From Aestuariibaculum lutulentum (GTDB taxonomy: Bacteria > Bacteroidota > Bacteroidia > Flavobacteriales > Flavobacteriaceae), in NCBI RefSeq assembly GCF_032926325.1, contig NZ_CP136709.1, forward strand, positions 1,167,447-1,231,446: a stretch of DNA of 64,000 bases. Reading direction: 5' to 3'. Positions 52,601 to 59,496 of this stretch are shown one piece after another. The notes under the pieces were generated by a model. The model did not search any database and was not told where the DNA came from. It saw only the letters and a list, made by a program, of their open reading frames with translations. Position numbers and translations under genes: made by a program. Each line of letters begins with the position of its first letter. Position 1 is the stretch's first letter.

Positions 52601-52988
52601 CTGGTGTTTCAAAATTAATCGTAAATATCACCTTATTACCAGACCATGCAGGTGGAGCTAATTCTACCTGACTACTTCCTATTAATTTAGATTCGTCAAA
52701 GCTATTGGGAAAATCAAAATCTATCTCATAAATATTAAAACTTAAATTGGAGTTATCAGCAACCGACATGTAAAGACCAATTTCTCCTTGATCTATAATA
52801 AATTCTTCGTCTGGATTAACACCAAAATCTAAAAGCGTAAATGTCCTAGCTAAATGCTCTGTTTCTTCACAAGATCCAACATAGGACCTTACAAGATTAT
52901 CACCTACATTATGGGTTAGTTTTATTTGACTAAATAAACTTAAATTAACTCCTAACAGTAGGATGATAAAACTTAAAAAAAATCTCAT
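49632..52988 (-). CDS. Large secreted adhesin-like protein with a T9SS type-B C-terminal sorting domain (CHU_C / gliding-motility-associated CTD). Island cargo.
   Basis: 1118 aa with a signal peptide and internal Ig/PKD-like repeated modules with recurring ...DENDNPLPSPLPNPF... linkers. The C-terminus ...YNRYGKLLKQL...GEMLPTDDYWFSVILEDGRVFKGHFALKR is typical of type-B T9SS CTDs. Confidence 0.75.
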   Translation of the reverse strand: MRFFLSFIILLLGVNLSLFSQIKLTHNVGDNLVRSYVGSCEETEHLARTFTLLDFGVNPDEEFIIDQGEIGLYMSVADNSNLSFNIYEIDFDFPNSFDESKLIGSSQVELAPPAWSGNKVIFTINFETPVIVPAGVERILVEVKKEASPGGIGVSAVQLAGTEEGNDFSWYKGCLGTRSYIKSTDFGSGRPPSNLFINVTGVPRKTKEIPFSVENLCFGDTAKFILEETVDSIHWDFGDPISGANNTSTDLESTHVFSEAGTYEVSVIASLGGNTVTEVTTITIYEQPIASKPNDIGLCTLYDDNSFDLYGHNKYVLNGLDSNVFGVHYYEGIENYNNGIKINAPEAYTNALGFFTQEIIAEVYNKQNPECNDITKFNIGVYKTPQLELPNNISNLTQCDNSDSGSDTDGIVVFDLTEKEQYLLLNGIDSEVHYNYYTDEDLKQPIASPNTFVNSQSSQTIYVECVSNLNSECKAITSFIVEVLKLPSVTPIVELKQCDDDLDGLYSAFNLNEVINEITTNADEEKVSFFESELKAENDQDPITNLTTYSNNTPSLDVVWARVENKNGCFRVSKVNLIVTTTKIPLDFKREFYTCDDDFDGISNFSFETVHDEIASLFPAGQELIITYYQNEPDALAEVNKIENITDYSNIGYPYTQDIYVRVDSRLNNDCLGLGAHITLHVEANPVANPVTITRECDDDFDGKYPFDVSEVELTVLGSQSLSDVSIFYYDENDNPLPSPLPNPFLTSSQIIKVVVENNNIADGSCFDETTLEFIVDKKPVANMVSDLISCDDGINDSDGLHDFDTSLIESSVLNGQTGMEVHYYNSLGIELPSPLPNPFRSNTQTVTVKVVNPLNSNCIASTDIQFIVNPLPDFTIENSQIVCSSDPTFTIVLDPLESNANEIFNYEWVYEDGTVLSNAPTLTVSTPGTYFITLTKTDGTGCSRTRDVFVNASELANIIPEDIVIEDVSNNNKVIINTNNLGQGEYEYALDDEFSSFQDSPIFENVSSGIHTVYVRDKKGCGTASIEVSVIGFLRYFTPNGDGINDTWYIPGVNDQFQIQSDIFIYNRYGKLLKQLNPSSNGWDGTFKGEMLPTDDYWFSVILEDGRVFKGHFALKR

Positions 52989-53093
52989 GTAGGTAAAACT
53001 CAGAAAACAATAATAACGGGCAAGATAAAAATTATATACGACGTATTTTATTACAAATACACATTTTAGATAAACTGCTTACAGACTAGAATA

Positions 53094-53240
53094 TTACTCC
53101 CTCTGAGTAGCTCTGTATGCACTAAGCATTTCTTCAAAAGTAATAGGCTTATATTCAGACGTATGAATTGTAGAATACCTATTCACTTGCGCAAAACCTA
53201 ACATTGGTAGGATAATAAAAATTAAAAACATATTTTTCAT
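53094..53240 (-). CDS. Possible small secreted peptide (48 aa).
   Basis: Self-translated MKNMFLIFIILPMLGFAQVNRYSTIHTSEYKPITFEEMLSAYRATQRE, which has a signal-peptide-like N-terminus. There is no other support. Confidence 0.2.
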   Translation of the reverse strand: MKNMFLIFIILPMLGFAQVNRYSTIHTSEYKPITFEEMLSAYRATQRE

Positions 53241-53258
53241 AGGACAAAAAATTAAATA

Positions 53259-54077
53259 CTATTCATAAATAAACACTCCTGAATCCTGAACATCTTGGGC
53301 TAACAATTCGTAAGAAATAGGATAATTATCGGCATCGTATTGGTATACTACTTTAAAAATTTCATTTCCGTCTGAATCAGATATACTTGTTACATTATTT
53401 GGAATAAAATTTACATTTAATCGCTTCTTTGAAAAAATAGAAGGTGCGTTAGGTATATATATCCCTGTTTCAACCCCTACTTTAAAAAACGGATTAATTT
53501 TATCATCTAGAACGACATTAAAAATACTTGAGCTTGATTCACCTGCATAATATTCTGTTATGGAATATTGATGTAACTTACCATCTTGATAACTAAACAA
53601 TAGTTTTCTATGCAGTTCTCCATCTATATAAAACTTATACTCACCTAGATTCTCTCCATCATACTTATATTCACCTACTACAATACCATCCTTTCGGATA
53701 AAACTAATTTTACCATTAGAATATTCATAATCATACTTTAGACAATCGACACAATTCGCTAAATCAAATGAAAAGTCATTGTAACTTTCATAGTTACCAC
53801 CACCATGTTCTGGATTAGCAAGAATTACACTTTTCAGTATGTTCTCCTGATAAATTAACTGATGAAAATCTTTCCAAGTTTGATAATTAATAATTTTTAT
53901 TAGCTTATCATTTTCAAAGTAAAAATAAAGCTTATCATACTGATCGCTACCTTCTACTCTTAACAATGTTTTGGCTTCTACTACAACCGGATCTGGACTG
54001 CCTTCCTCTGAAGAACCAGAACTACAACCTATTAAAAACAACACCATTAAAAGTATCTTTAAAACATTTTTAATCAT
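53259..54077 (-). CDS. Hypothetical lipoprotein (island cargo).
   Basis: 272 aa with a lipoprotein signal (LFLIGCSSGSS). Tyr-rich. Confidence 0.5.
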   Translation of the reverse strand: MIKNVLKILLMVLFLIGCSSGSSEEGSPDPVVVEAKTLLRVEGSDQYDKLYFYFENDKLIKIINYQTWKDFHQLIYQENILKSVILANPEHGGGNYESYNDFSFDLANCVDCLKYDYEYSNGKISFIRKDGIVVGEYKYDGENLGEYKFYIDGELHRKLLFSYQDGKLHQYSITEYYAGESSSSIFNVVLDDKINPFFKVGVETGIYIPNAPSIFSKKRLNVNFIPNNVTSISDSDGNEIFKVVYQYDADNYPISYELLAQDVQDSGVFIYE

Positions 54078-54690
54078 ACTTTTTATTTTTAATAAAAATT
54101 TTTAAAAAACTAATATACAACACTATACCATAAAATATATACGGTTTTCCTTATTTCATAAACGCCGTTAACTCCTTCCTTTATCTTTTGTTTTTATTAA
54201 TTAAGAAGAAATACTTCGCAAACTTAAAAAACACTAATTAACATAAATGTAATACACTGATTACAAAAACATTACATATATTTACCCTCATAAAAACCCA
54301 ATACTCCCTACTATTAATAATAGTATACTTTTTGTTTAACCATTAATTATACTTATTATGTCACATCACGGAATGAATTCACTACACGGCATTAACGCCA
54401 TGTGCAAGCACGACACCTCCCACCACGGACGATTCGGAAGAATGTTTAGCTGTTTAAACCCCAACTACAACCCTCCTCTAGAACTTTCAAAACTCGGAAT
54501 AAAAGATGGTCCAATGGATGGAGGAAATGCTTACACTCTGATTAATTACAAATGAGTAACAGTTGATCAAAATGGCACAACTGAACTTCACATTGATTTT
54601 GACACGATGCACTGTGATTAAAGACTAATTGTAAATAAAAAGAAGCTAACCACTTCCCTTTAACTTTTCTATTTCAGAACTAATTTTCCT

Positions 54691-54876
54691 CTAAACCACC
54701 TTACCGTAACTATCCTGAGTAATTTTCATATCGGAATGCCCTAAAAGTTCACTTACTATTTCCATAGGCACGTTATTATAGAGCAATACAGTACTAGCAA
54801 AAGTACGTCTAGCTATATGGGTGATTAGATTCTTTTCTATTCCAACAACTCCAATCATTTCTAATAGATAAGAACC
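54691..54876 (-). pseudogene. Remnant of a tyrosine-integrase 3' end (last ~60 codons), paralogous to the integrase at 56097..57293.
   Basis: The minus strand translates to ...IGVVGIEKNLITHIARRTFASTVLLYNNVPMEIVSELLGHSDMKITQDSYGKVV*, almost identical to the C-terminus of the 56097 integrase (HMARRTFASTVLLYNNVPMEIVSELLGHSNMKITQESYGKVV). Similarity is lost upstream of 54876. Confidence 0.75.
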
Positions 54877-55113
54877 AAATGTTTAAGAAAGGGAAAGAGT
54901 CTTATTCTAACTCAACTAACTCAATTAGTTGGTAAGGATAGACAGTACCTATATAAAATTGAAAAAAATGTTGTAACGTTTTGCAGATTTGCGATGGGCG
55001 GGTTTTTCAGGACAAATATTCATATGGAGCATTACACTTCCATTAACCACAACAGTGTCATAGAAGCACGTCACCTCGATATTGCAAATGTACTGTTACC
55101 TGCTGCCATTCTT

Positions 55114-55599
55114 CTATCCTACAAAGTCTGAACGATTTGTATTTGGGTCATATTGAATTTCCAAGTCTGTTCCATTCCAAATCGCTTCACAACTTTCAAG
55201 TCGGTATGTGTCACCTTGGTTCCAACTTGCACCAATATAATCTTCAATTAAGTCTTCAATGAAAACTCTTTCACCAATTACAATATCTTTTGGTATTAAG
55301 TATGCTGCAAAAGGCGACTTGAAACTATGAGGATAATAAAATGTCCAGTCAACCACAGTTTCAAAATCATTATTATCGTCCGAATAAAAGTCGACCCGAT
55401 AGTCTCCAACAATTTCAATTTCTCCCGTTTTCTTGTTTTGAACCACAGAATACTTTGAACGAATTTTATCAGAAGGTTCAACCTTTTTTACTAATGGATT
55501 AAGTCCACTTTTAGCAGCCTTATTTATAGTGTCCTTGTCACGGGCAGTTTTTATAACACGTAATCCTTGCGTTTTTTTATTTCTGTTCAAGAATGCCAT
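55114..55599 (-). CDS. Hypothetical protein (island cargo, second gene of a two-gene cassette).
   Basis: 161 aa with no recognisable motifs. Overlaps the upstream gene by 23 nt. Confidence 0.45.
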   Translation of the reverse strand: MAFLNRNKKTQGLRVIKTARDKDTINKAAKSGLNPLVKKVEPSDKIRSKYSVVQNKKTGEIEIVGDYRVDFYSDDNNDFETVVDWTFYYPHSFKSPFAAYLIPKDIVIGERVFIEDLIEDYIGASWNQGDTYRLESCEAIWNGTDLEIQYDPNTNRSDFVG

Positions 55600-55942
55600 T
55601 TGATACTATTTTTATATTGTGTTGTTTTAAGTCAATTTTCAAACAAGTGTCGGGATTTTGTCTAACAATTTTCAGAAGGTCGTCATCTGTTAAAAATTCT
55701 GTATCAACTATTAAGTGGACGCAATTTGCACATTTTCGAAATGTAGAATTTGTAGCTTCTAATTTGTCCCAACTCATTTTATAGGGGCAATTCATTTTCT
55801 TCACAAATTCGTCTTTGTCTGTATAAATATCTTTTGTTAATGGGTCAAATTTCATTGCTCGTGTCTTTTTATGGTAACAGATAACTCCTAATATATTTAC
55901 AATTTCAGTAATAGCTTTAACACTTGAAATTCCTCTAAACAA
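55577..55942 (-). CDS. Hypothetical small Cys-containing protein (island cargo). The true start may be the internal Met at 55855.
   Basis: 121-aa ORF. The MKFDPL... version is 92 aa and has a CPY...CANC...C pattern suggesting a small zinc-binding fold. Confidence 0.4.
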   Translation of the reverse strand: MFRGISSVKAITEIVNILGVICYHKKTRAMKFDPLTKDIYTDKDEFVKKMNCPYKMSWDKLEATNSTFRKCANCVHLIVDTEFLTDDDLLKIVRQNPDTCLKIDLKQHNIKIVSNGILEQK

Positions 55943-56022
55943 ATTTTTTAAAATTGAAATTTAGTGTTTATAAAATTATAAATTTCCCTCATGTAAAAAA
56001 CGATGAAATTTGCAATAAGAAA

Positions 56023-56062
56023 CTTGATGTTGCAAAAAACTTAATTTTTCTACAACATCAAG
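56023..56062. promoter_or_regulatory. 10-bp perfect inverted repeat (CTTGATGTTG-N20-CAACATCAAG) between the integrase 3' end and the two-gene cassette.
   Basis: Read directly from the sequence. Could be an integrase terminator on the minus strand or an operator for the downstream cassette. Confidence 0.4.
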
Positions 56063-56096
56063 ATACTTAATACAGTTTAAAACTCCTTTTTACTAC

Positions 56097-57293
56097 CTAA
56101 TCACTTTGTTTTAACCTCTCAATTTCCAAACTAACTTTTTTCTGTACTACCTTTCCATAGCTTTCCTGCGTTATCTTCATATTACTATGACCAAGTAGCT
56201 CACTGACAATCTCCATAGGCACATTGTTATAAAGCAATACAGTGCTTGCAAAAGTACGTCTAGCCATATGGGTAGTTAAATTTTTTTCAACCCCTATAAT
56301 CGCTGCTATTTCCTTTAAATAGGAATTATAACGCTGATTACTTATTCTAGGAAACACTAAATCATCATCGGTATACTTACATAAAATATTTAAAGCTTTT
56401 GATAATAATGGAATTGATAAATCCTTATCTGTCTTTTCTCGTTTCATCTTAATCCACTTATTACCGTCAAACCCATTAATAATATTTGTTTGTTTAAGGT
56501 TCATTAATTCCAAATAAGGTAACCCAGTATAACAACTGAATATAAATAAATCCTTTACTAGTTTAAGTCTAGGCTGTATAAATTCATAACTCTCAAGCTG
56601 TATTAACTCTTCTGGTGATAAAAACACAACCTCCTTCTTAACCTTTTTAGCTTTATAAAGCATAAATGGATCTACCTGTAAATGTCGTTCAGCTACAGCA
56701 ACTTTAATTATCTTTTTAAAACGCTAAATCTTTTTATTGATGGTAACCTGTTTTAACTGCGTTTTATGCCCTACCTTATAGTAGTAGTCCAATTCACTTA
56801 AAAAGTTCATATCAAGTTTCTTTAGTGGATAATCCTTGGTTTTAAACTTCCATTTCACAAAAGCTTTAATATCATTTTTAACGTATTCAAACTTCTCGTA
56901 GGTTACTTGTTTTATCTCAACACCAACAAGCGTTTTTATGCGTTTTAAGTAACGTTCAAAGTATTCAATCACGTTGTATTCCTTAGCTGTTTTAACGCCT
57001 TTATACAGGCTAAAAATATCGTCTACAGTAAAAGCTTCATCTTTAACCTGAAGCAATAAAAAAGCCCTATTAATTTTAGTTTTAATAAGGCTTAGCTGTT
57101 GATTTATTTCTTTTCTATCTGGTTCAGGTGGTTTAACTACCTGTTGTTTACTATCCCAGTTATTAGCATTTACGAACTGACCTGTAGAAAATGTTTTTCT
57201 GACTTTATTATGTGTCAATCTACACATTAGTGCACAAACTCCTTTAGCATTTTTTTTCTGCTTATTTATTATAAATAGTATGTTGATTTTCAT
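56097..57293 (-). pseudogene. int: Tyrosine site-specific integrase (Bacteroidetes arm-binding + SAM-like + catalytic domains) interrupted by a single in-frame TAG at 56724-56726.
   Basis: ORFs 56724..57293 (N-terminal, MKINILFIINKQKKNAKGVCALMCRLTHNKVRKTFSTGQF...) and 56097..56663 (catalytic, ...HMARRTFAST...LLGHS...Y) are in the same frame. They are separated only by a TAG, and the bridging translation ...TINKKI*RFKKIIKVAVAERHLQVDPFMLYKAKKV... is continuous. Confidence 0.8.
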
Positions 57294-57359
57294 TTTGAAT
57301 AAGATTTTAAATTAAGGTGGAAGGTAATTGACTAAATAAAGTTATTTATCTTTAGAAGA

Positions 57360-59051
57360 TTGAACATTATGGAGTTAAATGCAATGTGTTTATTCCTATA
57401 TTATGTAGAAGTTATGCGTAAAAGTAATACACTTGAATTTATAGAAAAATCAAAAAATGTACATGGTGATAAATATGACTATTCAAAAGTTGAATATTTA
57501 GGAGCTACAGAAAAAGTCTGTATCATTTGCCCGGAACATGGACCTTTTTATCAAATTCCAAATTCTCATTCTAGAGGTAAAGGATGTTTGAAATGTGCAC
57601 GAAAAATAGCAATTAAAAAAACATATTCTAATACTGAAAAATTTATTGAAAAAGCCAGAAAAAAACATGGAAACAAATATGACTATTCAAAAGTTGAATA
57701 TATAAAAGCTAAAGAAAAAGTCAGTATTATTTGTCACAATATAGATGAAATAACAAATGAAAAACATGGAGAGTTTTTACAACAACCATCTAATCATCTA
57801 GCAGGTGGAAATTGCCCCAAATGTACTGGAAATTATATGACACAAGAACTTTTTATAAAAAGAGCAAGAGTAATTCATAACAACCAATATGACTATTCAA
57901 AAGTTGAATACAAAACTGCACGTAAAAAAGTAAATGTTATTTGTCCAGAGCATGGACTATTTTCGCAGGTACCAGATAGTCATATAAGAGGTAACGGATG
58001 TCCTAAATGCAGTAATATTTACTCACCCACAACTAGAGAGTGGATTGAAAAAGCTAAGAAAATCCATGGTAACCGATATGATTATTCCAAAACAGTCTAT
58101 AAAAAAACTCATTCTAAAGTATCCATCATTTGTAAAGAACACGGAGTTTTTTTGCAAACACCAGCAAATCACCTCAATGGTAATAACTGTCCTAAATGCA
58201 CTGGAAACTATATGGATAAAAGTTTTTTCATACAAAAAGCAAACGAAATCTATAAAGATAAAAGTGGGGCTCCATTATATGATTATTCATTAGTTGATTA
58301 CGTAGATTCCTCTACTAAAGTGACAATCATATGCCATAATAAAGACCCTGAAACAGGTAAAGAACATGGCGAATTTAATAAAACTCCTAATACCCTCTTA
58401 ACTCAGCATGGTTGTCCTAAATGTGGATTAGAATCATTGCGACAAATAAAAAGCTTAACTCGTTTAAGTAATAAGGAATTTCTTGATAAGGCATTTCCAA
58501 ACGAATATGAATATCTAAATGGTTACAAAACAGCTGCGTCTAAAATGCATATTAAATGTAAAAAATGTGGGCATAAATTTTGGCAGAAAGCTAATAATCA
58601 CTTAATGGGGGCTGGTTGTCCAGCTTGCAAAATGAGTAGGCTAGAAAGAGCAGTTTGTAATTATCTCAAAAAACATAACGTTAAATATAAAATGCAAAAA
58701 AGATTTGAATGGTTAGGGAGACAGAGTTTAGATTTTTATTTACCTGATTTCAACATGGCTATTGAATGCCAAGGTATCCAACATTTTGAACCAAAAGATT
58801 TCTTTGGTGGCGATGATGAATTAAAAAATATAGTAAAACGAGATAATAGAAAGCTTAAAAAATGTTCATCCAACAACATAGAAATGGTTTATGTTATAGA
58901 CAATGAAAAGTATCTAGAAAAAAAATATCATTTTGATATTGCAGAACCTTTTTCAGGTAATGTATGTTATAAAATTATGCATATTAATAATTTTGAGAAT
59001 TATATCAACCAATTAGTTGAGATGTCTAATTTTTTTGAAAAGAAATTATGA
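57360..59051 (+). CDS. Protein with six tandem ~60-aa Cys/His zinc-ribbon repeats fused to a C-terminal DUF559/Vsr-like PD-(D/E)xK endonuclease domain (homing-endonuclease-like).
   Basis: 563 aa. Repeat consensus F(I/L)EKA..(I/K)HGNKYDYSKVEY.....KV.IIC.EHG.F.Q.P..HL.G.GCPKC occurs six times. The C-terminus LDFYLPDFNMAIECQGIQHF matches the DUF559 (R.DFY.P...LAIE.DG..H) nuclease core. The start may be the internal Met (MRKSNTLEF). Confidence 0.7.
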   Translation: MNIMELNAMCLFLYYVEVMRKSNTLEFIEKSKNVHGDKYDYSKVEYLGATEKVCIICPEHGPFYQIPNSHSRGKGCLKCARKIAIKKTYSNTEKFIEKARKKHGNKYDYSKVEYIKAKEKVSIICHNIDEITNEKHGEFLQQPSNHLAGGNCPKCTGNYMTQELFIKRARVIHNNQYDYSKVEYKTARKKVNVICPEHGLFSQVPDSHIRGNGCPKCSNIYSPTTREWIEKAKKIHGNRYDYSKTVYKKTHSKVSIICKEHGVFLQTPANHLNGNNCPKCTGNYMDKSFFIQKANEIYKDKSGAPLYDYSLVDYVDSSTKVTIICHNKDPETGKEHGEFNKTPNTLLTQHGCPKCGLESLRQIKSLTRLSNKEFLDKAFPNEYEYLNGYKTAASKMHIKCKKCGHKFWQKANNHLMGAGCPACKMSRLERAVCNYLKKHNVKYKMQKRFEWLGRQSLDFYLPDFNMAIECQGIQHFEPKDFFGGDDELKNIVKRDNRKLKKCSSNNIEMVYVIDNEKYLEKKYHFDIAEPFSGNVCYKIMHINNFENYINQLVEMSNFFEKKL

Positions 59052-59212
59052 ATACAAAACGAAGCGATTAATAATAATTTTATTAATGGGTGTCTTTTAA
59101 AAATTAATAGGTATCCAAATGGGTGTCTTTTTTTAGTAGAAGGATAAATTAAGTTTCCTAAATTAAACACATAGAGGAATTAGCAATATCTTGTAAACCC
59201 CAAATTTTACTT

Positions 59213-59266
59213 CACAAAAAAAGCCTCACATTTCTGTAAGGCTTAAATTTTGCTCCCCCTCTTGGG
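59213..59266. repeat. Proximal att-like direct repeat overlapping the 3' 14 nt of tRNA-Asn plus its terminator hairpin.
   Basis: 54/54 bp identical to 49460-49513. Confidence 0.75.
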
Positions 59267-59326
59267 CTCGAACCAAGGACCCTTTGATTAACAGTCAAAT
59301 GCTCTAACCAACTGAGCTAAGGAGGA
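59253..59326 (-). tRNA. tRNA-Asn (anticodon GTT).
   Basis: Hand-folded on the minus strand. Acceptor TCCTCCT/AGGGGGA (one G-U), U8 A9, D-arm GCTC-AGTTGGTTA-GAGC, anticodon arm TTTGA-CTGTTAA-TCAAA, T-arm CTTGG-TTCGAGC-CCAAG, discriminator G. Followed by terminator hairpin AAGCCTTACAGAAATGTGAGGCTT + T-run. Confidence 0.85.
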
Positions 59327-59496
59327 GTGTTGCTTTCTCTATCCAGAGAGCTGCTTGTGCAAATAATATGCAAACCTTAACCGGATTAATATGCGAATAT
59401 AAAATATATTTAATCAATCATCATCCAAAATGTTTTATATTTTTAAGAATCGATTCATACTTTTTTTGAGTTTGAATTACACATATAAACAGTATC

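Larger units (their letters stand above)
49514..59212. mobile_element. Putative ~9.7 kb integrative genomic island inserted at the 3' end of tRNA-Asn(GTT), possibly a composite of two tandem elements.
   Basis: Bounded by 54-bp perfect direct repeats that include the tRNA 3' end. Contains a tyrosine integrase with an in-frame stop, a second integrase remnant and cargo genes. Confidence 0.6.

Noticed and set aside
57400-58650. Six ~180-nt DNA-level repeats.
   Set aside because: These are the coding repeats of the zinc-ribbon modules of one continuous ORF. They diverge at synonymous positions, and this is not a CRISPR or satellite array.
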